64,000 nucleotides of DNA from the NCBI GenBank assembly GCA_002269645.1, contig NIVC01001497.1, positions 214,766 through 278,765 on the forward strand. The letters are read 5' to 3'. The position numbers were made by a program, and so were the translations under genes. The notes under the pieces were generated by a model. That model saw only the letters and a program-made list of their open reading frames with translations. It searched no databases and was not told the DNA's origin. Each line of letters starts with the position of its first letter. Positions within the stretch are counted from its first letter, which is position 1. The stretch comes from Macrostomum lignano (Eukaryota). Shown in pieces: positions 38,682 through 49,604 of this stretch.

Positions 38682-39285
38682 TTGATTTTAGCAAAAATGG
38701 CTCAACCGATTTTCTTCGAACTTGCACTGTTCGATCAGAAATTTTCCCGTGACAGTACATGCATCGTGGCTAAGAAATTGCATGATGCTAAAGGGATTAA
38801 ATATTCGAAAAACATGCTTTTTTGCAAAGGTCAAGCATCGAAATGCATTGTAAGAATGCTAGCAGAAAAACTGACTGGTTGAATTCTGATTCTAAAATAG
38901 ATTGCATCACAATACACAAGACACTCCATTGAATTGCGTCACAGCGTTGAGTGTGAAAGCATAGCATAGTACTCAATTTATATTGCGTTACCATATTGTT
39001 AACTTTTATAGAGACTGGTACTGACTTGCCTAAGAAATTGATTATGTCATAACTCGTAACTGCTTCGTGACTTTTTACTCTACCTGACTTTGTGTGAGTG
39101 TTGAATTATATAAGTGGTACAAATTCACTGATTACTTCGATGAGAGCTAGCCTAGAGCTGAACAGACCAGACTGCTAATGCAGCAACCTGGGTTCGAATC
39201 TAAGTAGTTTAAAAGTAGTAGTGTAAAATTTTTTATTAAAAGCTTTTTTTTATTAAAAGCTAAATTAAAAACACTTAGATTACTG
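38552..39285 (+). mobile_element. Possible HINE/DINE-1-like (non-autonomous Helentron) element
   Basis: GTTACTGTAGGCGTAGAGT..TATACTA, then (GT)n, then GCTCAACCGATTTTCTTCGAACTT, resembling the HINE layout as recalled; its 3' ~430 bp recurs at 40469-40830. Confidence 0.45.
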
Positions 39286-40454
39286 CACTCCATAAGCCAA
39301 GGATTATTGCTATTAATAAACCAAGGATTACTGCACTTGATTAATCAAGGATTATTGCTATTAATAAACCAAGGATTACTGCACTTGATTAATCAAGGAT
39401 TATTGCTATTAATAAACCAAGGATTACTGCACTCGATAAACCAAGGACTATTGCTCTTGGCAAACCAAGGATTACTGTACTCAATAAGCCAAGGATTATT
39501 GCTATTAATAAACCAAGGATTACTGCACTTGATAAGCCAAGGATTATTGCTATTAATAAACCAAGGATTACTGCACTCAATAAGCCAAGGATTATTGCTA
39601 TTAATAAACCAAGGATTACTGCACTCAATAAGCCAAGGATTATTGCTATTAATATACCAAGGATTACTGCACTCGATAAACCAAGGACTATTGCTCTTGG
39701 CAAACCAAGGATTACTGCACTCAAGAAGCCAAGGATTATTGCTATTAATAAACCAAGGATTAATGCACTTGATTAATCAAGGATTATTGCTATTAATAAA
39801 CCAAGGATTACTGCACTCGATAAGCCAAGGATTATTGCTATTAATAAACCAAGGATTACTGCACTCGATAAGCCAAGGATTATTGCTATTAATAAACCAA
39901 GGATTACTGCACTTGGCAAACCAAGGATTACTGCACTTGATAAGCCAAGGATTATTGCTATTAATAAACCAAGGATTACTGCACTCAATAAACCAAGGAC
40001 TATTGCTCTTGGCAAACCAACGATTACTGCACTCAATAAGCCAAGGATTATTGCTATTAATAAACCAAGGATTACTGCACTCGATAAGCCAAGGATTATT
40101 GCTATTAATAAACCAAGGATTACTGCACTTGGCAAACCAAGGATTACTGCACTCGATAAGCCAAGGATTATTGCTATTAATAAACCAAGGATTATTGCAC
40201 TCGATAAGCCAAGGATTATTGCTATTAATAAACCAAGGATTACTGCACTCGATAAGCCAAGGATTATTGCTATTAATAAACCAAGGATTACTGCACTTGG
40301 CAAACCAAGGATTACTGCACTCGATAAGCCAAGGATTATTGCTATTAATAAACCAAGGATTACTGCACTCGATAAGCCAAGGATTATTGCTATTAATAAA
40401 CCAAGGATTACTGCACTTGGCAAACCAAGGATTACTGCACTTGATAAGCCAAGG
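39280..40454. repeat. 24-bp minisatellite with alternating A/B units (48-bp higher order)
   Basis: CCAAGGATTATTGCTATTAATAAA alternating with CCAAGGATTACTGCACTCGATAAG. Confidence 0.95.
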
Positions 40455-40468
40455 AAATTTTTGACTTG

Positions 40469-40830
40469 AAATGCATTGTAAGAATGCTAGAGAAAAACCT
40501 GACTGACTGAATTTCAATTCTGATAAAGATTGCATCACAACAAGTAGAAAACAGTGCCGAAGAAATGCACACACGACTTGATTTAAATTGTGTAACCAAT
40601 ATTGCTAACTTGAATTGAAACTGATACTGGCTGACTGAGAAATTGATTATGTCATAACTTTTTACTCTAATTGACTTGCTGTAAGAATTGAATTATAAGG
40701 GCCACAATTCATGTTCTCCAATTGAAAAGAGATAGCCTAGATGTGAACAGACTGAACTGCTAATGTAGCAACCTGGGTTCGAATCTTAGTAGTGCAAAAT
40801 AATTTTTTATTAAAAAAGCCTTAAAAACAC
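40469..40830 (+). repeat. Diverged direct copy of 38841-39285, ending in a tRNA-Ser-like remnant
   Basis: Shared GAAATGCATTGTAAGAATGCTAG, GAAATTGATTATGTCATAACT and TAGCCTAG..ACTGCTAATG.AGCAACCTGGGTTCGAATCT. Confidence 0.75.
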
Positions 40831-40834
40831 AGAA

Positions 40835-42470
40835 TGCTAAACATTAAAGAGCCACCATGCCAAACATAAAAGAGCCATGATGTTGAACATTAAAGAGCCA
40901 CCATGCCAAACATAAAAGAAGCACCCTGTCAAACATATACGTGACTCCATGTCAAAGATTAAAAAGCCACCATGTCAAATATTTAAGAGCCACCATGTCA
41001 AACATTTAAGAGCCACCATGTCAAACATATATGTGACTTTATGTCAAACATTAAAGAGCCACCATGTCAAACCTAAACAAGCCACCATGTCTAACATTTA
41101 AGAGCCACCATGTCAAACATTTAAGAGCCACCATGTCAAACATTAAAGAGCCACCATGTCAAACCTAAACAAGCCACCACGTCTAACATTTAAGAGCCAC
41201 CATGTCAAACATTTAAGAGCCACCATGTCAAACATTAAAGAGCCACCATGTCAAACATTTAAGAGCCACCATGTCAAACATTTAAGAGCCACCATGTCAA
41301 ACATAAAAAGGTATACCATGAAGAACATTGAAGAGCCACCATGTCAAACTTTAAAGAGTCACCATGTCGAACATTAAAAAGCCACCATTTTGAACATTAA
41401 AGAGCCACCATGTCGAACATTAAAAAGCCACCATGTCAAACATTGAAGAGCCACCACGTCAAACATTAAATAGCCACTTTGTAGAACATTAAAGAGCCAC
41501 CGTGTCAAACATAAAAGAGCCACCAGGTTAAACATTAAAGAGCCACCATGTCAAATAATAAAGAGCCACCATGTCAAACATAGAAGAGCCACCATGCAAA
41601 ACATAGAAGAGCCACCATGTCAAAACATAAAAGTGCTATCATGTCAAACCTAAAAGAGCCACCATGTCAAACATAAAAGAGCCACCATGTCAAAGATTTA
41701 AGAGCCACCATGTCAAACATATATGTGACTTTATGTCAAACATTAAAGAGCCCCCATCTCAAACATTAAAGAGCCACATTTTTAATTTCGAACATTAAAA
41801 AGCCACCATTTCGAACATTAAAGAGCCACCATGTCATAAATTTAAGAGCCACCATGTCAAACATTAAATAGCCACTTTGTCGAACATTAAAGAGCCACCG
41901 TGTGAAACATAAAAGAGCCACCATGTCAGACATTAAAAAGCCACCATATCAAACATAAAAGAGTTACCAATTAGAACAAAAAACAGCCACCATGTCGAAC
42001 ATAAAAGAGCCACCATGAAGAACATTAAACAGCCACCATGTCAAAGATTTAAGAGCCACCATGTCAAACATATATGTGACTTTATGTCAAACATTAAAGA
42101 GCCACCATTTCGAACATTAAAGAGCCACCATGTCAAACATTAAATAGCCACCATGTCAAACATAAAAGAGCTATACCATGAAGAACATTAAAGAGCCACT
42201 TTGTCGAACATTAAAGAGCCACCATGTCAAACATTAAAGAGCCACCATGTCAAACCTAAAAGAGCCACCATGTCTAACATAAAAGAGCCACCATGTTAAA
42301 CATTAAAGAGCCACAATGTCAAGCAATAAAGAGCCACCATATCAAGAAGAGCCACCATGTCAAACATAGAAGAGCCACCATGTCAAACATAGAAGAGCCA
42401 CCATGTCAAACATAGAAGAGCCACAATGTCAGACATTAAAGAGCTACCATATCAAACATAAAAGATACAC
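40835..42470. repeat. 23-bp minisatellite AAACATTAAAGAGCCACCATGTC
   Basis: Direct reading; heterogeneous units. Confidence 0.93.
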
Positions 42471-42556
42471 AATTTCAAACGTAAAAGTAAGCGAATTTTA
42501 AAGGAGCCACTATAATGCTAAGGAAATTGTCGCACTAGCTACTTATTGTCTGGTGG

Positions 42557-43494
42557 ACCTGTATAACTTTCGCCGACACATTTTCAGACAGATTTTCCGA
42601 CACTTTTTTGCGACACTTAAAATGTTGCAAAAAGTGTCGGAAAAAGTGTCGCAACGGTTAACTTTCACTGACACATTTTCAGACAGATCTTCCGACACAT
42701 TTTACAACACTTAAAATGTCACAAAAAGTGTCGGAAAAAGTGTCGCAAAAGTTAACATTCGCCGACACATATTTTCCGACACCTAAATTAATGCTGCAGT
42801 GTCTGATGCTTTACTTCTGCCAACACATCTTCCGACACTTAAAATGTCACTTCTTAGAGCGAGGTCATATACATATAGCTACATGTATGCACAAAGTATT
42901 TCGAAAAAGTTAGTATCTATAACGTTCGAAAATTTGGACATTAATTAGATCAAGCTTTTGATTCGGATTACTTTGGAGTGCCGTACTACGATTATCTGAT
43001 ATTCTGACTTCACTGGCATTTAGTATTACGTATTTACTTAGTAATTATAGCTAGCATTTTTTTGTATTAATTTGACTGCAAATACATTTAACACTGAAAA
43101 TATCATGCCCTCAATAACAATACATACTGTTTGTAATCAGAAAATGCCAACTATTACATGTACATATACATGTAATGTATATCAATTGATGCAACTAAAT
43201 GATGCGCAACACTGCAGTCTGCTGCAGTACCTTAACAAACATACATGAAGCTAACATGAATAGTACGAGCTACATGTACGATGTACATGACCTCGCTTTA
43301 AGAAGTGACATTTTAAGTGTCGGAAGATGTGTTGGCAGAAGTAAAGCATCAGACACTGCAGCATTAATTTAGGTGTCGGAAAATATGTGTCGGCGAATGT
43401 TAACTTTTACAACACACTTTTTGCGACATTTTAAGTGTCGCAAAAAAGTGTCGGAAAATCCGTCCGAAAATGTGTCGGCGAAAGTTATACAGGT
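42557..43494. mobile_element. Foldback/MULE-like non-autonomous element with long modular TIRs and 9-bp TSD
   Basis: Ends ACCTGTATAACTTTCGCCGACACA / TGTGTCGGCGAAAGTTATACAGGT; GTCTGGTGG duplicated at 42548-42556 and 43495-43503; internal CCGACAC/GTGTCGG subrepeats. Confidence 0.85.
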
Positions 43495-43499
43495 GTCTG

Positions 43500-43830
43500 G
43501 TGGATGCTTGCTATTTGGGGATGCTATCTATCTGGGGGATGCTTGCTCTCTGGGGGATGCTTGCTATCTGGGGGATGCTTGCTATCTGGGGATGCTTGCT
43601 ATCTGGGGGGTGCTTGCTATCTGGGGGATGCTTGCTATCTGGGGGATGCTTGCTATCTGGGGGATGCTTGCTATTTGGGGATGCTATCTGGGGGATGCTT
43701 GCTATCTGGGGGATGCTTGCTAATCTGGGGGATGCTTGCTATCTGGGGGATGCTTGCTATCTGGGGCATGCTTGCTATCCGGGGGATGCTTGCAATCTGG
43801 GGGATGCTTGCTATCTGGGGGATGCTTGCT
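43500..43830. repeat. 18-bp minisatellite TTGCTATCTGGGGGATGC
   Basis: Direct reading; starts at the foldback TSD. Confidence 0.92.
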
Positions 43831-45202
43831 GTCTTTGGATGATTTCTTTTTGCATTGCACTATATTTGAGTATTTTGTCTGTTTTTGTGAAGGCTTTATT
43901 TGGCGATCTTTTTGTTACTTGTAGAGAGCAGAGATTCTATACAGATGCCCCCCAACGGGGGGCGAAGATTGCTAGTTTTAACTAAAATTAAAAACTGACT
44001 TGTTTAAATTGCATAGGATTCTAAGTTCGAAGCTCTATATAGGGTTTAGTATAATTTATAGTAAATTTTATAATGATTTAACATAGTGCTAAACTGCTAA
44101 TGCTTTACATGCATTTATTTCAAAGTAGTTACTTTAAAGTTAAATTCTTAATGAATCTTGTAAAATTTTAAAATTAGATTGTCGCAATTATTTCATTCGG
44201 TCGCCAAAAACACACGAGGTAGAACAATTAATATCCATGAATAGAAAGTTTTCAAAGCTTTGTTGGTCATATAAATGATTAAGTCTTTTTATTTGACCAA
44301 ATATAGTTTAACTTTACATCATCGCGCTTCTCTTTGTTATAACGGGTCACTTGTAAATAAAAAAATTTCCATTTTGAAACCTATATTCTTTTGCTGTTCG
44401 AGCCTAATTCCACGGGTGCATTTGTCCTGCGGTTTACTATGACTATGAGAGAGATCCGATCTAAATAAAATTAAAGTGTGGACATAAGCTAACGCTTGTT
44501 TACTTTTTATAGTTTTAATTTTTTTTTAATATTATTGAAATTTGGACTTTTTGTGCATAGTTATCGTACACATGTACTCATATACAACTATTTTTAGTTT
44601 TCAGTAACAGCAAATAGATTCAGCTAATTCATAATTGCAACTTTTCAGTTTTCGGTAACAGCAAATAGATTCAGCTAATTCATAATTAAAACTCATTCCA
44701 GTTTAGTTGCCTATTCTACTAACTTAAAATTCCGAAATTTTGAATAGTCTGAAAAGGCCCACTTTTCAATGATGTGCTTTATATGCTGTAAAATGGGAAA
44801 TTAATACTATTGGGCTGAAAGCAATAAAAAAATAGACATTTATAGTATCATGCATAAAATCTGCAATTTATTTGAAAGTCACAGCTCTCTCTATTTCACT
44901 AATATTCATCAACCTATATTGTAATCCAAGCTGATAAATTAAATTTCAGTTTATTTCAATCTGATAAAGCATGTAGCATCAATTTCAATAGGGTTAATAG
45001 TTGTTTTATTTTCCTTTCATTTTATTGTCTCAAACATTTTCTTTTTACTATTAGCTAAGTAAAGATAATTTTTTACTGGTAGATAGTGTAATAAGAACAA
45101 ACAGGATACATTTTTACCAGATAAAAACTTAGGTTAGAGCTTGAATTTCTAACTCGTGATTTTCAGCAATTAGAGTTAATAACTTTCTGTTTCAGATCAG
45201 CC

Positions 45203-46957
45203 ATGGGCATTGGCGTCATGGTGTGGAGCTTGCTAACTAAATTTCTTTTCTGTGAAATCCTCGGCTTAGTAGCGCTATTTATGCTGCCATTTATTGAGTC
45301 CCAGCGTTGTAAAAGTCTGCTCGAATCGAGATTTTTTTCTGCATTGGACCAACGACGAGATGTCACGTTCATTTGCCTCTTTGTGCCACTGTCTGCCCTC
45401 ACCGTTCATTCCACTTGGCAGCTTGTCAGATACCCACTGCCCGCTGCCGATGCGGCCAAACTGACGGATCTGCTTGCTTTGCAAAGTGACACATTCATAG
45501 TTGGTTCTGTCACGCTGCTCTGGCTTGTAATTTGGTGTACTGCTCGCCTTATCTCTAGGTATTGTTATGATCGGAATTCCAGCAGTTAAATTTAAACCAT
45601 TACTTACAAGACTCCATTATGGGCAAGCACGGTATAGACTACTTAGTTTATAGTAGCATAAAGAGTAGCATAAATTTGTTTAGTTATCTTGCCAATGCAT
45701 GCTCGATATCCTACTGTAGCTGAAACATCGGCGACCCAGATAACAAAACAGAGAAGAGCACTAAGACCCATCTTAAGTCCAAGAATACCCATCTCAAGTC
45801 CAAGAATACCCATCTCAAGTCCAAGAATACATACCTGAAGTTCGAGAATCCCAATCTCAAGTCCAAGAGTGCCCCCTCAAGTCCAAGAATACCCACCTGA
45901 AGTTCGAGAATCCCAATCTCAAGTCCAAGAATACCCACCTCAACTCCAAGAATACCCACCTCAACTCCAAGAATACCCACCTCAGGTCCAAGAATGCCCA
46001 CCTCAAATCCAAGAATACATACCTGAAGTTCGAGAATCCCAATCTCAAGTCCAAGAGTGCCCCCTCAAGTCCAAGAATACCCACCTGAAGTTCGAGAATC
46101 CCAATCTCAAGTCCAAGAATGCACCCCTCAAGTCCAAGAATACCCACCTGAAGTTCGAGAATCCCAATCTCAAGTCCAAGAATGCACCCCTCAAGTCCAA
46201 GAATACCCACCTGAAGTTCGAGAATCCCAGTCTCAAGTCCAAGAGTTCGAGAATCCCAGTCTCAAGTCCAAGAATGCCCACCTCAGGTCCAAGAATTCCC
46301 ACCTCAAATCCAATAATACATACCTAAAGTTCGAGAATCCCAATCTCAAGTCCAAGAATACCCACCTCAAGTCCGAGAATCTCAATCTCAAGTCCAAGAA
46401 TACCCACCTGAAGTCCGAGAATCTCAATCTCAAGTCCAAGAATACCCACCTCAAGTCCGAGAATCCCAGTCTCAAGTCCAAGAGTACTCATCTCAGCTCT
46501 AAGAATCCCTCATCTGACCAAAAGTCAATCCCCATCGCACAGGCTCGGCACCTTAGAATCCGAGCTGACTACAGCGCGTCAAAGGCTGGCTGATGGTGCC
46601 GCAGCTGTGGCCATCGCCACTGCGGCCGCCGCGGCTGCCAGTCCCACTGGAAATTCATCGTCTAGCGGAGCTCCCCGACGTGCAGCAGCGGACGCAGCGG
46701 GCGAGTCGAGCCGTCGCCACAGCATGGCGGTGGTGGTGGAGGCCGCGGTGGAGGCGGAGCGGACTCGGCGAGAGCTGGCGGACACTCGTGTCGCCCTGGA
46801 ACGGGCCCTGGAGCGGCTGCATCGCGCCGAGCTCGACTTGTCGGCGATGCGTCGTCAGGCTGAAAGCACGAGCCGGGCGTTCGACGAACTGCTGGAGGAG
46901 CACAACCGGCTGCAGATGGCGGTGGCCGGCGGCCAGCAAAGAAAGAAAGACACCTGA
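45203..46957 (+). CDS. BAP31/BAP29-like ER membrane protein (3 TM segments, coiled coil, KKXX tail); 2 exons, ~256 aa
   Basis: Exons 45203-45558 and 46543-46957 (phase 2). N-terminal LPFI..QR.KSLL.SR with three hydrophobic segments; C-terminal AMRRQAES....FDELLEEHNRLQ.AV.G..RKKDT resembles the BAP31 tail. Confidence 0.8.
45765..46510. repeat. 21-bp minisatellite with 63-bp higher order (BAP31-like intron)
   Basis: CTCAAGTCCAAGAATACCCAC / CTGAAGTTCGAGAATCCCAAT. Confidence 0.93.
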
Positions 46958-46967
46958 GTGCGCTGTA

Positions 46968-47200
46968 CTCAGCAACTCAAATCCCCTTGGCTGTCAATCA
47001 GCAACTCAAATCCCCCTTGGCTGTCAATCAGCAACTCAAATCCCCCTTGGCTGTCAATCAGCAACTCAAATCCCCTTGGCTGTCAATCAGCAACTCAGAT
47101 CCCTTTGGCTGTCAATCAGCAACTCAAATCCCCTTTGGCTGTCAATCAGCAACTCAAATCCCCTTTGCTGTCAATCGCTTAACAACTCAAATTCCTTGGC
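46968..47200. repeat. 29-30 bp minisatellite CAGCAACTCAAATCCCCTTGGCTGTCAAT just after the BAP31-like stop
   Basis: Direct reading. Confidence 0.9.
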
Positions 47201-47819
47201 TTTCAATTGCCGTCTAGAAGCACACCAGGAACCAAGTTATGGTTCAAAAAAGTTCTGTCAATTTCAACGAAAAAAAACAAATCCCTTTTGCCTTTGAATA
47301 AATTTCCTACAGTATACCAAAAATATCCCAAATTCAGGAACGAACTTTCACGGCCAGAGCCATTAATGCAAATATTATAAGACCTGCGATTTGGCTTTGT
47401 TACTCGTATAATCACATAATTGCACTGCTTACTTTTGTACTGGAACTCCGTTCCCTATAAAAAGGACACGCGCACTTATCAATTAAAATGCAAATAACAG
47501 GCATTCCTGCATCTTTATGGCAGCTTCATCCGTGTTTTTACTCGTAACTAGCTAGAATGTATAGACAGCATCATTGCTATCGTAGCTTGACTTTGCTAGA
47601 AGCCTTCATTTGGAATGAAATTATCAGATAGTTAGCTAGTCAATGCTTCTTTATGAGAACTGTACAATAAATTCTGCAAGTTTGATTAAATTCTTAACAT
47701 TTTCAGCTTTATTTTCCCAGTTGGAATTCCTAGTATGTTTCTTTATACATTAACGTATGCAGTGGCGTGAGCTGGAGGTTTAATTGGAGGGTTGCAAATA
47801 AAATGGGCACCGGAAAGGG

Positions 47820-48490
47820 AGGGCGCCATTGTCTCTGGGGGGGGGGAGGGAGAGCGCCACTATCTCTTGGGGGGGGGGCGCCACTGTCTCTTGGAGGGGG
47901 CGCCACTGTCTCTTGGGGGGGGGGGGTTGGGGGCGCCACTGTCTCTTGGAGGGGGCGCCACTGTCTCTTGGGGGGGGGTTGGGGGCGCCACTGTCTCTTG
48001 GAGGGGGGCGCCACTGTCTCTTGGAGGGGGCGCCACTGTCTCTTGGAGGGGGGCGCCACTGTCTCTTGGAGGGGGGCGCCACTGTCTCTTGTTGGGGGGC
48101 GCCACTGTCTCTTGGAAGGGGGCGCCATTGTCTCTTGGAAGGGGGCGCCATTGTCTCTTGGAGGGGGCGCCACTGTCTCTTGTAGGGGGGCGCCACTGTC
48201 TCTTGGAAGGGGGCGCCATTGTCTCTTGAGGGGGCGCCACTGTCTCTTGGGAAGGGAGAGCGCCATTGTCTCTTGGAGGGGGGGCGCCACTGTCTCTTGG
48301 AGGGGGCGCCACTGTCTCTTGGAGGGGAGCGCCACTGTTTCTTGGAGGGGGGGCGCCACTGTCTCATGGAGGGGGGGGGCGCCACTGTTTCTTGGAGGGG
48401 GCGCCACTGTTTCTTGGAGGGGGCGCAACTGTCTCTTGGAAATGGAGGGCGCCATTGTCTCTGGGGGGCGCCACTGTCTCTTGGGGGGCG
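47820..48490. repeat. ~22-bp GC-rich minisatellite GGGGGCGCCACTGTCTCTTGGA
   Basis: Direct reading; variable G-run length. Confidence 0.93.
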
Positions 48491-49604
48491 TCACTACCCC
48501 TGTAGTGTACGCCCTCTATCGCCTCTGGCTCTCTCTGCCAACGTGCACTGGCACTGGTTATTGCGTAACATAGTAGCCGCAGGTCGGCAATGAATGTATA
48601 TACTTCAGTAATAAGTCGAATATTTAGTAACCGCAGGATGCTACGTCCAGTTTTGTAGGAGCGCCATTTTTGGGGCCATCAAGGGGGGTGGTCCTCCTGA
48701 CATGTATACATTCGACATGACTAGCGATCTCTTATTAAATATTGGTGTTTTAAACACTGAAATATATAAGCTAGATATGTGTCGATAAATTTCGCATAAA
48801 GGCTTTTAATGCGAAATGCATTTTGTTAAATTGAGTTTTTTGTTTTTTTCATTCTACATATTCTACAATATCTCACCTCGGAATTTCCGGATTTTACTTA
48901 GAGCAAGCGTGTGTTTTGTTCGAGATAGATCCACAATTTATCTAGAATAAACTACTAAAAGTAGCTGGAGTGTTTTCTAAACAGATTTATCGAAGATTTG
49001 CCTTTTCGAGAAAAACTTACGACATAAAAATGCGTCTGGAAAATAATTAGCGCCATTTGCCTGAAATTTGTCACGCACATTCCTTACAAAAGCGTTACAA
49101 TATACATATGAAAAATTCTTCAAAATTGTACAGTAAGACAGAGTTCCTTAGCCTCAGACACAAGCCCAAAGGATAATAGTTTTAACCTCATTTATCTAAT
49201 AATTTTACTCAAGCTAATTATACTGGCTATGTCCCAGAATACTACTATGATAAACTCTCAAAAAACAACTCTATAAACTTCATAAGGAGTCTGTAGTTAG
49301 TTCAAAAAGGACAGGAACGGCCACAAACAAGAGACCACCAAGTTCATGAGTGTGTTTTTGTTAGTTCTCTCATACATGTATGTATGGTGACTGTACCCCT
49401 CTCAGGTCGCTGTGTGACTCAAGCAAGGCTTTTAAAAGCAGAGATAAGCACAAGAAAGGCCGAATTTGAAGAAAAAAATTGATACGCGTTATTTTCGGCG
49501 TATTAGATTTCTTCTGTTACGAGAAACAAAAAATCAAAGTGTAACAGAATTGAATTTCTGGAAAAATCTAACATTGCATTGACAATTTGAATCGAAGCAC
49601 CAAA

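Noticed and set aside
39307-40574. 385 aa LLLINQG-repeat ORF resembling an LRR or antifreeze protein
   Set aside because: Open on both strands because of the 24-bp unit; starts and ends with the array.
47730-48593. Pro-rich and Gly-rich ORFs on both strands; possible hAT TIRs at 47760 and 48500
   Set aside because: GC-rich minisatellite. The CAGTGGCG-like ends match poorly and show no TSD.
48640-49600. Possible DNA-transposon remnant
   Set aside because: No TIR pair, TSD or coding motif could be found by eye.
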